DNA of 64,000 nt from Minisyncoccota bacterium (lineage in GTDB: Bacteria; Patescibacteriota; Minisyncoccia; Phycocordibacterales; GWA1-40-21). The stretch is from contig JBAYKL010000001.1 in NCBI GenBank assembly GCA_041664585.1, positions 123,384 through 187,383 on the forward strand. Direction: 5' to 3'. The translations under genes and the position numbers were made by a program. The number at the start of each line of letters is the position of its first letter. Position 1 is the stretch's first letter. Positions 1 through 8,491 of this stretch are shown here, piece by piece. Below the pieces are notes generated by a model that ran no database searches, had not been told where the DNA came from, and saw only the letters and a list, made by a program, of their open reading frames with translations.

Positions 1-1089
1 TCCAATTATCGTTAAGTGTGGATTCTTACCATATATCTTAAAAGGTGTCTCAGAATTCTGGTTTTTTATCTTTTCTACAAACAGATTAGATAAATCCGTA
101 TTTGCTATCATCATTATTTCTAAAGGAGCATCTTTTTCTTCACATATCCTCTTTAAAGCTCCATTAAAATTTTCTGACCACTTACTCAAACCAGTTTTTA
201 TAAAATTATTTACTTTTATATCTGTATCTTCATCACACTTTCCATGGCACTTGATGTTTAGTGTTGATAGAACTAAATCTTTTGTCATTTTTAAGTCTTT
301 TGCAATATTTTCTATAATAGCATTCTCACCAAAGGGAAATGATGCTATCCCGTGTATTGTGTCATCAATAACGACATAAATATCTGTAATGAGTTTACCG
401 ATATCTACATATATGAAGTTATTTTTGTTTTGAAACAAATCCCTAGTAAAAGTAAACGTAGAGAGAGTCTGAGAATGTGAACAACTTTTATCTCCCTTCA
501 ATTTTTTATTTGAATAAGTTTTAATCTTGTCATTTATCTCCTTTGCTATAAAAGATGTAAACAAGTGAACTTCAAATTCCTTTGCTTTTCTATTATAAAA
601 ACTATCTACTTTATAACCATTAAGTTTAGCCTCAACTATTTTTTCCTCAAAGACTTCCCACCCGCCACGTTCACTCTCCTTTTCAATTTCTTTCTTCAAA
701 TTTTCTTCTTTGCCCACTAAAACCCTCTTAAGAAAATCACCATCCACAGAAAAGGCCTTGTCTTTTGTTAGTTTTATAGACTTTCCTTTAGATACAACCC
801 ACGGAGAACCAACAAAGAAAAAATGGTTGGAAATTTTATTTTTAATTCCAAGCGATATAAGAGATTTATGTGTTTCTATTATAGCCCTATCTATTGTCTT
901 TATAAGAGATTCGGAATATTTTTTATAACTTGCAATCTCTGATTCAATAACCTCGAAAGTCTGACAAGAAATAATTTCTGATTTCTTGCCTCTAAACATC
1001 TCAACCACAGCGGCAGTCAGAGAAAATTCTCGAATATCAAAAACAATGGATAAAGATGGGCTTTTTTTTGAAAAAGAAAAAAACTTCAT
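1..1089 (-). CDS. Partial CDS running off the left edge. Actin-like ATPase fold protein, FtsA/PilM-like.
   Basis: Manual translation of the minus strand from ATG (cat at 1087-1089) gives an ORF open through position 1: MKFFSFSKKSPSLSIVFDIREFSLTAAVVE... with a phosphate-2-like motif FIYVDIGKLITDIYVV. It is missing from the ORF track because the stop lies outside the window. Confidence 0.45.
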   Translation of the reverse strand, partial: MKFFSFSKKSPSLSIVFDIREFSLTAAVVEMFRGKKSEIISCQTFEVIESEIASYKKYSESLIKTIDRAIIETHKSLISLGIKNKISNHFFFVGSPWVVSKGKSIKLTKDKAFSVDGDFLKRVLVGKEENLKKEIEKESERGGWEVFEEKIVEAKLNGYKVDSFYNRKAKEFEVHLFTSFIAKEINDKIKTYSNKKLKGDKSCSHSQTLSTFTFTRDLFQNKNNFIYVDIGKLITDIYVVIDDTIHGIASFPFGENAIIENIAKDLKMTKDLVLSTLNIKCHGKCDEDTDIKVNNFIKTGLSKWSENFNGALKRICEEKDAPLEIMMIANTDLSNLFVEKIKNQNSETPFKIYGKNPHLTIIG

Positions 1090-1134
1090 GTAAGTTAATT
1101 ATAACTCTCAAAGAAAAGCGATGCAATAGAAAAT

Positions 1135-2964
1135 TTATTCCAAAACTGCTTTTATACGTCTAACCCCAGCACTTGAAGCTTCTTCTTTAGAAATTTTGAA
1201 GTGTCCGAGTTCAAATGTATTTGATACATGAGGTCCACCACAGAATTCTGTACTGAAATCCCCTATTTTATAAACCTTCACGACATCTCCATATTTAGAT
1301 AAATCAAAAGAAAGAGTTGTAACAATTTTCTTTGCTTCTTCTTTTGGCAATTCAAGCATTTCTACAGGAAGCTTTTCTTGTATTTTTTGATTTACTAAAT
1401 CTTCAACGTTTTTTAATTGGTCTGCAGTGAGTTTCTCTGTCCAATTGAAATCAAAGCGCATTCTTTCTGCTGTAATATTGCTTCCTTTCTGTACAATTTC
1501 TCCACCAAGGACTTTTCTAAGTGCCGCGAGTAATAGGTGGGTGGCTGTATGATATTTTGTCTCCACTTCTCCTGTACCAGCTAAACCTCCTTTGAATTTT
1601 TGTTCTGAGCCAGCCTTTGATTTTTGGTGGTGAATTACAACCTCATCAGAAAATTCTTTCATATCAATAAACAACCCTTTTTCTTTTCCTAATTCCATTT
1701 GTATCTCTATAGGCAACCCTTTTGATTGGTATAAATCGAAAGCAACTTTTCCAGAGACTTTTCCAGAGACTAATTTATCCTCTTTTGTAGCTTCTTCAAA
1801 TTCTTTTAAACCTTGTGCTAAGGTCTTCCTAAACTTATCATCCTCAGTCTTAATCACTTCTAAAATTTCATTTCCTTTTTCATTAAGTATTGGATACGCG
1901 TAAGAGAGTTCATTTATAACAACTTTTGCAAAAGATAATATTTCTTCTTTATTTATATCGAGCTGATCTATAAATCTGATAGCTCTTCTTAGGATTCTTC
2001 TGAGCACATATCCGGCTTCAGTATTTGATGGAACGACACCATCAGAAATAATCATAACAGCTGAACGAATATGGTCTGCGACGATCCTTTCGGCTCTCTC
2101 ATCTCTCTTTTGTGCTTTAGATTTTATTTCTCCAAGAATTTTTTCAAATAAATCTGTATCAAATACCGTACTCTTTCCTTGCATAACGACAGTGGTTCTC
2201 TCAAGACCCATTCCAGTATCCACATTTGGCTTTGAGAGTTTCTCGTATTTACCTTCCGAAGTTTTATTAAACTCCATAAAAACATTGTTCCAAATTTCTA
2301 TGATTCTTCCGCTTTTTACCAAATCAGAAAATTTACCGGCAACAGGACCATCTTCTGGACGAGTATCATAAAACATTTCAGTGTCTCCACCGCAAGGACC
2401 CACCTGACCAGCTATCCAAAAATTATCTTCCTTTCCTAAAGGAATAATTCTTACACCGTCTTTTATAATTTCATCTTCTTCCGCGACTTCTACATCTATA
2501 TTATGTTTCTTAAAATTCTCCTTCCAAATTTGTATGGCGTCTTCGTCTCTTGGAATATCATCCTCACCCTTAAACACAGTTACATAAAGTCTGTTTGATA
2601 GAAGACCAAGTCCTTCTTCTTTACTAGTGATAAATTCTAAGCTCCATTCAATAGCTTCCTTTTTAAAATAATCCCCGAGAGACCAATTACCCATCATTTC
2701 GAAAAATGTAAGGTGTCTGTTATCACCAACCTCATCTATGTCTATAGTTCTTACACATTTTTGTACATCGACAAGTCTAATACCTCCAGGGTGTTTTTCA
2801 CCGAGTAAATAGGGTATGAGAGGCTGCATACCAGCTGTAGTAAACAGAGACCCCTTATCAGGAATAACATAATCTGTGGGTATTAAAGAAGCAGAAGGAA
2901 TTATTTTGTGTCCCCTTTTCTCAAAAAACTTTAAATACCTCTCACGAATATCTTTTGATTGCAT
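1135..2964 (-). CDS. alaS: Alanine--tRNA ligase, short form lacking the C-terminal DHHA1/C-Ala domain.
   Basis: 609 aa. Has the class II catalytic core and the editing-domain motifs HTATH and CGGPH. It ends just after the editing domain. Confidence 0.9.
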   Translation of the reverse strand: MQSKDIRERYLKFFEKRGHKIIPSASLIPTDYVIPDKGSLFTTAGMQPLIPYLLGEKHPGGIRLVDVQKCVRTIDIDEVGDNRHLTFFEMMGNWSLGDYFKKEAIEWSLEFITSKEEGLGLLSNRLYVTVFKGEDDIPRDEDAIQIWKENFKKHNIDVEVAEEDEIIKDGVRIIPLGKEDNFWIAGQVGPCGGDTEMFYDTRPEDGPVAGKFSDLVKSGRIIEIWNNVFMEFNKTSEGKYEKLSKPNVDTGMGLERTTVVMQGKSTVFDTDLFEKILGEIKSKAQKRDERAERIVADHIRSAVMIISDGVVPSNTEAGYVLRRILRRAIRFIDQLDINKEEILSFAKVVINELSYAYPILNEKGNEILEVIKTEDDKFRKTLAQGLKEFEEATKEDKLVSGKVSGKVAFDLYQSKGLPIEIQMELGKEKGLFIDMKEFSDEVVIHHQKSKAGSEQKFKGGLAGTGEVETKYHTATHLLLAALRKVLGGEIVQKGSNITAERMRFDFNWTEKLTADQLKNVEDLVNQKIQEKLPVEMLELPKEEAKKIVTTLSFDLSKYGDVVKVYKIGDFSTEFCGGPHVSNTFELGHFKISKEEASSAGVRRIKAVLE

Positions 2965-3017
2965 AAGAGAAATATAACATAATATTTGATCTAAAAAAAG
3001 ATGTGCACAAACTTATA

Positions 3018-3046
3018 TTGACAGGTTAGATAATATATCCTATTAT
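3018..3046 (+). promoter_or_regulatory. Sigma70-like promoter: TTGACA, 17-nt spacer, TATTAT.
   Basis: Consensus -35 and -10 hexamers with 17-nt spacing lie about 45 nt upstream of a strong RBS (AAGGGAGG) and a small ORF. Confidence 0.45.
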
Positions 3047-3090
3047 ATTGTCTGAACTTAGTTCCAAATTTTCAACCAAGGGAGGCTTAG

Positions 3091-3234
3091 ATGTGCAAGT
3101 CGTGTTTAAAAAAGTTTCTTATAGCATGCTTAGTAATAAGCGTACTAAGTGTTCTGTGCATTTACCAAATCATAGAATTTGGGAAGATTATTAAGGAAAC
3201 CTGCAAGGAGGCACCGAGTGAGAAAAAAATATAG
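3091..3234 (+). CDS. Small Cys-containing membrane peptide (47 aa), hypothetical.
   Basis: AAGGGAGG RBS 7 nt upstream of the ATG. Sequence MCKSCLKKFLIACLVISVLSVLCIYQ... It sits between a promoter and a terminator. Confidence 0.3.
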   Translation: MCKSCLKKFLIACLVISVLSVLCIYQIIEFGKIIKETCKEAPSEKKI

Positions 3235-3386
3235 TCACTGGCAATACCTTCGACAAGAAATCATCGTGGGTATGGTAGCAACATTCATTTTGGCACTATT
3301 TATTGTGCCTATGATAGAACTTAACAAAATTGGCCTGCAACACCAAAAAATAATGGGTGCCTCGACAGCCTCCAAATAAAGCAAAC

Positions 3387-3416
3387 TCGCCCCAAAATCA
3401 ATGGGGCGATTTTTTA
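3387..3416. terminator. Intrinsic terminator, bidirectional.
   Basis: Stem TCGCCCC/GGGGCGA followed by a T-run. It abuts the stop of the minus-strand UDG gene. Confidence 0.5.
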
Positions 3417-4043
3417 TATATTTTTTAGAATTTCAAAATCTTTTTTTAGTTCACCAATCCTTGTTGGATTATATACAGCAACACAAGGGTGATATAAAAC
3501 AGCAATTTTTATTTTTCCATAGGAAGCCTCTGCTTCAAAAACTTTTCCATGCGCCATGCCTATTGGTAATATTTCATTTTCCAAACCAAATCTTCTCATA
3601 ATATAATCCATGGAATACCTACCTAGAGTAGCAATTACTTTGGGTTGGATAATCTCAATTTGTTTATCCAAAAATGGACCGTAAATTTTTATTTCTTCTG
3701 CAGTAGGGTCACGATTCTCTTGTGGCCTATCTTTTACAATGTTTGTTATATAAACATCTTCTCTCTTAATCCCAACATGATAAAGTAAACCGTCTAAAAC
3801 TTTTCCAGCCGTACCACAAAATGGCCTGCCAGTTTTAGCTTCGTTTCTACCAGGAGCTTCTCCAATAAACATTATTTCCGCGCCATGATTCCCTTCCCCT
3901 ATAACTGGAAAATATTTATTACTAACTCTATATTCATATAATGGAGAATCTTTTAAAAACAAGACTTCGTCTTTAATTTCCTTTAATTTTCCTGTTCTAT
4001 CAGAAGACATATCTTTAATTAAACTGTGCCTTGCAGTGTTCAC
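3414..4043 (-). CDS. Uracil-DNA glycosylase, family 4 (4Fe-4S type).
   Basis: GEGNHGAEIMFIGEAPG...GRPFCGTAGKVL motifs. An alternative start at 4010 (MSSDRTGK) would remove the 29-nt overlap with the upstream gene. Confidence 0.85.
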   Translation of the reverse strand: MNTARHSLIKDMSSDRTGKLKEIKDEVLFLKDSPLYEYRVSNKYFPVIGEGNHGAEIMFIGEAPGRNEAKTGRPFCGTAGKVLDGLLYHVGIKREDVYITNIVKDRPQENRDPTAEEIKIYGPFLDKQIEIIQPKVIATLGRYSMDYIMRRFGLENEILPIGMAHGKVFEAEASYGKIKIAVLYHPCVAVYNPTRIGELKKDFEILKNI

Positions 4044-4869
4044 ACAAAGAATTTACTTCAGTAATTATGCTTTTTATTTTCTTCTCATCAAAATTTACTT
4101 CCTTAAGCAAGTTCTCATCTAAAAGAGCCTTGGACAAAACAACACCTCTGGCAAGAAACATATTTTTTTCTATTGTATTTATAGATGTAAGAGCCGTAAT
4201 TGGAATGAGCTCGGCCCTCTCTATCATATTGTGTAAATTATTTCCGTAAGGATAGTTCCAACCAACGAGCTTGAGGTGCGGCTGACATTGATCATACTGA
4301 ATAGCGGTGGAACTAAATTTTGTATTAGTAACAATCCAACCCTCTGTAAGTTCTCTTTCCTTTCCTCCAAATACATATCTATTCCCGTACAAGTCGTCAT
4401 ATCTTGCCTTAACATATAAAACAACTTTGAGATCCGACTTTAAATTAAAATCTGTGTGAAATTTTGCTTCTGTCATTATAAGTTCACCCTCTTTCCAAGC
4501 GACAACATCTATCTCATGTTCTACGCACTTACCTTTTACTATCACTCCAGTCTCAGTCTCATATCCTTGAGACTTAAAAATTTCTGCAACATATTTTTCA
4601 AAAGGGAAACCGGTAGGACCAAGCTCGGCTACTGCTTTTTTCAAAGAATATCTAAGAGATACTGTCTTTTGTTTTTTTCTTAAAATAGAATAGGCTCTCT
4701 TATATATTTCTCTTGTGGTAATTCCTTCATGAAGCTCCTTTGCTATTTCTTCCAAAATTTCTTTTACAACAAGATCATCAGTACCAATTTTTTTAAGTGA
4801 TGCTTCTAATTTTGAGTAATCGAAAACCTCTCTCTCACCGTTAGATTTAATTATATATATTTCGGGCAT
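4015..4869 (-). CDS. ATP-cone domain fused to an Mrr-like PD-(D/E)xK restriction-endonuclease-fold domain.
   Basis: The N-terminus IYIIKSNGEREVFDYSKLEASLKKIG is an ATP-cone signature. The C-terminal half has HEIDVV...LIMTEAKF (D...ExK). Start chosen at MPEIY (4869). Confidence 0.6.
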   Translation of the reverse strand: MPEIYIIKSNGEREVFDYSKLEASLKKIGTDDLVVKEILEEIAKELHEGITTREIYKRAYSILRKKQKTVSLRYSLKKAVAELGPTGFPFEKYVAEIFKSQGYETETGVIVKGKCVEHEIDVVAWKEGELIMTEAKFHTDFNLKSDLKVVLYVKARYDDLYGNRYVFGGKERELTEGWIVTNTKFSSTAIQYDQCQPHLKLVGWNYPYGNNLHNMIERAELIPITALTSINTIEKNMFLARGVVLSKALLDENLLKEVNFDEKKIKSIITEVNSLCEHCKAQFN

Positions 4870-4902
4870 AAGTAAATAATACCACAAAACCAATAATTCA
4901 AG

Positions 4903-5967
4903 CTAGCAGATTATTCCACCACCAAGACAAACTTCCCCATCGTAAACCACTGCGGACTGACCCGAAGAAATAGCTTTCTGCGGACTAGTGAAATGTAATT
5001 CTATACAATTACCTACTTTTTTTATTTCACATTCTTCTAAAGGCTGTCTGTAGCGAATCCTTGCAGAGTATCTTTTATTTAAATCTGGCATCTCATCTAA
5101 CGTCCAACTCATATTCTTTAGCTTTACTATTTTTGATTCACTTTCAATTATCTTAGCTGAATCTTGAGATACGGTAATTGTATTTTTTTCTATATCTTTA
5201 GAGATAATATAATATCTGGAATCATTAGGAGTTTTTTCTGTAATCTTGAAACCATGTCTCTGACCGATAGTAAGAAAAAGTACTCCATCGTGAACCCCGA
5301 TCTCCTCTCCTCTTTCGTTTAAAACTCTTCCCGGAATTTCTTTTATATAGTGAGTTAGAAATTCTTTCATATCAAATTTACCAAGGAAACAAACTCCCTG
5401 ACTATCCTTTTTTACAGCAGTAGAAAGTCCTAATCTCTTCGCGATCTTTCTTACTTCTGGTTTTTCTATGTCACCAATTGGAAAAAGTGTTTTACTAAGT
5501 TGTTTTTGTGTAAGAGTCCAAAGAAAATATGTCTGATCTTTGTTTGTGTCTTTCCCTGCAAGCATTTTATTTCCTCCGACTCTTGCATAATGCCCCGTAG
5601 CAACAAAATCTGCACCTTGCTCCATTGCCCAATTAAAGAAACCGCCAAACTTCACGTACTTATTACACATTACATCTGGATTTGGAGTTCTGCCAAGCTT
5701 ATATTCATCTATCATGTAGTCAGCTACATCTTTTTTATATTCTTTTTCTAAATCAAGAGTAAAAAATGGAATATTTAATTTAGCACAAATGCGCATAGCA
5801 TCTAACCTATCTTCTCTCCAAGTACATTTTACAAAGTCTGGTTGCCAAACTTTTATAAAAACACCAGTTACATCATAACCTTCTTTTTGAAGTAGTGCAG
5901 CAGAAACAGAGCTATCAACTCCGCCAGACATACCAACAAAAACTTTTTTCTGCTGTTTTCTCAACAT
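4903..5967 (-). CDS. mnmA: tRNA-specific 2-thiouridylase MnmA.
   Basis: VGMSGGVDSSVSAALL PP-loop and the MnmA C-terminal domains. Confidence 0.9.
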   Translation of the reverse strand: MLRKQQKKVFVGMSGGVDSSVSAALLQKEGYDVTGVFIKVWQPDFVKCTWREDRLDAMRICAKLNIPFFTLDLEKEYKKDVADYMIDEYKLGRTPNPDVMCNKYVKFGGFFNWAMEQGADFVATGHYARVGGNKMLAGKDTNKDQTYFLWTLTQKQLSKTLFPIGDIEKPEVRKIAKRLGLSTAVKKDSQGVCFLGKFDMKEFLTHYIKEIPGRVLNERGEEIGVHDGVLFLTIGQRHGFKITEKTPNDSRYYIISKDIEKNTITVSQDSAKIIESESKIVKLKNMSWTLDEMPDLNKRYSARIRYRQPLEECEIKKVGNCIELHFTSPQKAISSGQSAVVYDGEVCLGGGIIC

Positions 5968-5968
5968 A

Positions 5969-5997
5969 TTGACTTTATACCATATAAAATGTATGAT
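5969..5997 (+). promoter_or_regulatory. Sigma70-like promoter (TTGACT, 17-nt spacer, TATGAT), copy 1 of a repeated promoter module.
   Basis: ACATATTGACTTTATACCATATAAAATGTATGAT. It is nearly identical to the module at 6499-6527. Confidence 0.5.
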
Positions 5998-6042
5998 TTC
6001 AATCGAATTTGTTGTTTCAAGTTACATAAATAGGAGGTTCGT

Positions 6043-6451
6043 AGTGTCAGTAAAGATTGGTCAGGAGTTTAAAAGACCGGGGCGTTGTGATTTGGTCGTT
6101 TGTGGTATTTCCCCAGATGGAAAAATACAAACATACCAAAAAATCAAAATTCCAGGTTGGAAAGTTAAACAAGCGTTTGAAAAGAAGATCAGGATTGTAC
6201 CAGGGACAATTTTGGATTTACCGAACAAACAAAAAAGAGAGGTGCTGGGTCACTGTGGTACCGATTGGTACATGAAGATTCCTGGAGAAATTTTGGAATT
6301 TACCGAGGAGCAACTTATCGATTTCGATGCAGGTGCAGAAATAGAAAAAGAGCTCAAAAGAATCGTCGGCAATTCACCAAACAACATACATGTGAGTAGG
6401 CCCAAAAGCATAAGATTTTCTCGTTGTAGGAAAGCTTTTGTGGAAAACTAA
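6043..6451 (+). CDS. Hypothetical protein (about 136 aa).
   Basis: GTG start 5 nt after a perfect AGGAGG RBS. The track ORF from 5969 begins inside the promoter, so the shorter start is preferred. Confidence 0.4.
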
Positions 6452-6461
6452 ATCACAGCAG

Positions 6462-6496
6462 CCGCCCGAGCATTTTTGCAAAGGCGGTTTTTTATT
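6462..6496 (+). terminator. Intrinsic terminator.
   Basis: CCGCC...GGCGG hairpin plus a T-run, immediately followed by the next TTGACT promoter. Confidence 0.45.
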
Positions 6497-6498
6497 TA

Positions 6499-6527
6499 TT
6501 GACTTTGTATCATATACAATGTATTGT
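6499..6527 (+). promoter_or_regulatory. Sigma70-like promoter, copy 2 of the repeated module.
   Basis: TTGACTTTGTATCATATACAATGTATTGT, about 85% identical to 5969-5997 over some 30 nt. Confidence 0.5.
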
Positions 6528-6573
6528 TGAAAATGAAATTGTTGGCTCAAAAACATAAACGAAAGGAAAGAAA

Positions 6574-6876
6574 ATGAGCTTTTTAAATATACTTCCATGG
6601 GTACTTCTGACTATAGTTTCCATAATCGGATTCTACAAAAACCAACCCCGTCGACTTTCAGAACTCAGTGGAAAAGAGAGGTTTGTTGTCGCCAGCTATG
6701 AGAGCAAAAAATATTTCTATGTGATTGTCCATAGGAGTTTAAAAATCGTCGTGTACAAACACAAAATAAATAAAATCGCCAGTAAAGAACAACCCTTTTT
6801 ACAAGAAATGAAAGAGGGGTTGTACAAATTTTATGATATTGGTGATGGAGAAATTATGGTAAACCTCATTGGTTAA
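6574..6876 (+). CDS. Hypothetical small membrane-anchored protein.
   Basis: N-terminal transmembrane segment (ILPWVLLTIVSIIGF). It has its own promoter and terminator. Confidence 0.4.
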   Translation: MSFLNILPWVLLTIVSIIGFYKNQPRRLSELSGKERFVVASYESKKYFYVIVHRSLKIVVYKHKINKIASKEQPFLQEMKEGLYKFYDIGDGEIMVNLIG

Positions 6877-6884
6877 TCACTTTA

Positions 6885-6910
6885 AACCGCTCTTAAAGGC
6901 GGTTTTTATT
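6885..6910. terminator. Intrinsic terminator, bidirectional.
   Basis: AACCGC-loop-GCGGTT followed by TTTTTATTTT. It abuts the ychF stop. Confidence 0.5.
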
Positions 6911-8008
6911 TTATATCTTAAATTCAATCACGTCCCCATCCTTCACCACATATTCCTTCCCTTCTGTACGAATCAAACCTTTTTCTCTGGCTTGTCCATG
7001 TGAACCAACATTTAATAGCTCCTGCCAAAAGACAACTTCGGCTCTAACAAATTTATCTTTAAAATCTCCATGTATCGCTGTACCAGCAAGAGGAGCTGTC
7101 CAACCTTCTTTTATCGTCCAAGCACGGCTTTCATCTTCTCCAGTAGTGAAATAGGTAATGAGACCAAGAAGCTTATAACCAGCCTTAATTAAATTATCTA
7201 TTCCATCATCTTTTACTCCTAGCCCTTCTCTCATTTCTTTTTTGTCTCCTCCTTCCAAATCTTTTAATTCTTGCTCTATTCCAGCATCCACAATAACATA
7301 CCCGGATTTTGTTTCTTCAAAAAACTTTATCAATTTTGTAAATCTTTCGTCATTCATTTCGTCAAGATTTTTCCCCCCAGCTTTTTTATTTAAAACATAT
7401 AGAATTGGCTTCATCGTAAGAAGACAAAGTTTAGCCACTTCCACAATTTCTTTTTCATCGAAAGAGATTGATCTGGAAAGTTTACCTTCTTCAAGTACAA
7501 CTTTTAACTTCTCTAACGCCCCTTTTTCAATCACGGCAGATTTCAATCCTCTTTTAATATCGCTTTCTACATTTCCTAATCTTTTAGAAACAGTTTGTAA
7601 GTCGGCAAGTATGAGCTCTAAGTTTATAGTTTCAATATCAGAAAGTGGATCTACTTTATTTGAAACATGAAGAATATTGTCGTCTTCAAAAATACGTACA
7701 ACTTCTGCTATAGCATCCGTCTCACGAATGTTTGTAAGGAATTTATTACCCAATCCTTCACCGGCAGAAGCTCCTTTTACAAGACCTGCAATATCTACGA
7801 ATTCTACAGCAGCAGGAACGGTCTTAGCTGATTTACTAAATTCAGAAAGCTTCCAAAGCCTATCGTCAGGCACAGCAACAACCCCCACAGAGGGGTCTAT
7901 TGTACAAAATGGGTAGTTCTCACAAGCAACAGCTTTCTTTGTAAGCGCGTTAAAAAGAGTACTTTTCCCAACATTTGGTAAACCAACGATTCCAATTGAT
8001 AATGACAT
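6911..8008 (-). CDS. ychF: Ribosome-binding ATPase YchF (Ola1).
   Basis: GIVGLPNVGKSTLFNALT P-loop and the TGS-like C-terminus. Confidence 0.9.
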   Translation of the reverse strand: MSLSIGIVGLPNVGKSTLFNALTKKAVACENYPFCTIDPSVGVVAVPDDRLWKLSEFSKSAKTVPAAVEFVDIAGLVKGASAGEGLGNKFLTNIRETDAIAEVVRIFEDDNILHVSNKVDPLSDIETINLELILADLQTVSKRLGNVESDIKRGLKSAVIEKGALEKLKVVLEEGKLSRSISFDEKEIVEVAKLCLLTMKPILYVLNKKAGGKNLDEMNDERFTKLIKFFEETKSGYVIVDAGIEQELKDLEGGDKKEMREGLGVKDDGIDNLIKAGYKLLGLITYFTTGEDESRAWTIKEGWTAPLAGTAIHGDFKDKFVRAEVVFWQELLNVGSHGQAREKGLIRTEGKEYVVKDGDVIEFKI

Positions 8009-8047
8009 ATAAAGTAAAGATACCTAAAAAAAGACTAAAAGTAAAAT

Positions 8048-8491
8048 TTATTTTTTAGAATCTTCTAAATAATTCAAAACAGCTTTTTTTAAAGCTTCAT
8101 GTCCCAGAACAGAACAATGAAACTTTCTGTCTGGTAAACCACCAAGGCGATCTACTATCTGTTGTGGTTTAAGTGTCTGCGCTAGATCTAAATCCATTCC
8201 ACCTTTTTCTGTGGCCATGACAGACATCATGGAAGCCGCGGCTATAGCAGAAGCACAACCAAAAGTTCTCCATTTACATTCCTTAATTTTACCTCTCTTC
8301 TTATTAACCTTAATCCAAACATTCATAATATCACCACACGCAGGACTACCAACACTTCCAAATCCATCTGCATCATAATCTGTTTCATCAATTAGAATAT
8401 TCCTAGGAAAAAAGAAATGTTCCTTAACCTCTGGGCTATAAAACCACCCTTCGCCATCACAATTATTTTTTTTGTCTTTTGTTGTAGTCAT
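8048..8491 (-). CDS. iscU: Fe-S cluster assembly scaffold, NifU/IscU N-terminal-domain type.
   Basis: GSPACGD, GCASAIA and HCS cysteine-ligand motifs. Confidence 0.8.
   Translation of the reverse strand: MTTTKDKKNNCDGEGWFYSPEVKEHFFFPRNILIDETDYDADGFGSVGSPACGDIMNVWIKVNKKRGKIKECKWRTFGCASAIAAASMMSVMATEKGGMDLDLAQTLKPQQIVDRLGGLPDRKFHCSVLGHEALKKAVLNYLEDSKK

Noticed and set aside
5969-6042. N-terminal 25 codons of track ORF 5969-6451 (start at ATG 5969).
   Set aside because: That ATG sits inside the TTGACT promoter element. A GTG with a perfect AGGAGG RBS at 6043 gives a more plausible start.
7242-7916. Plus-strand ORFs (142 aa and 79 aa) antisense to ychF.
   Set aside because: They lie entirely inside a well-supported conserved gene on the opposite strand, have low-complexity Ser-rich composition and no RBS. 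They are shadow ORFs.
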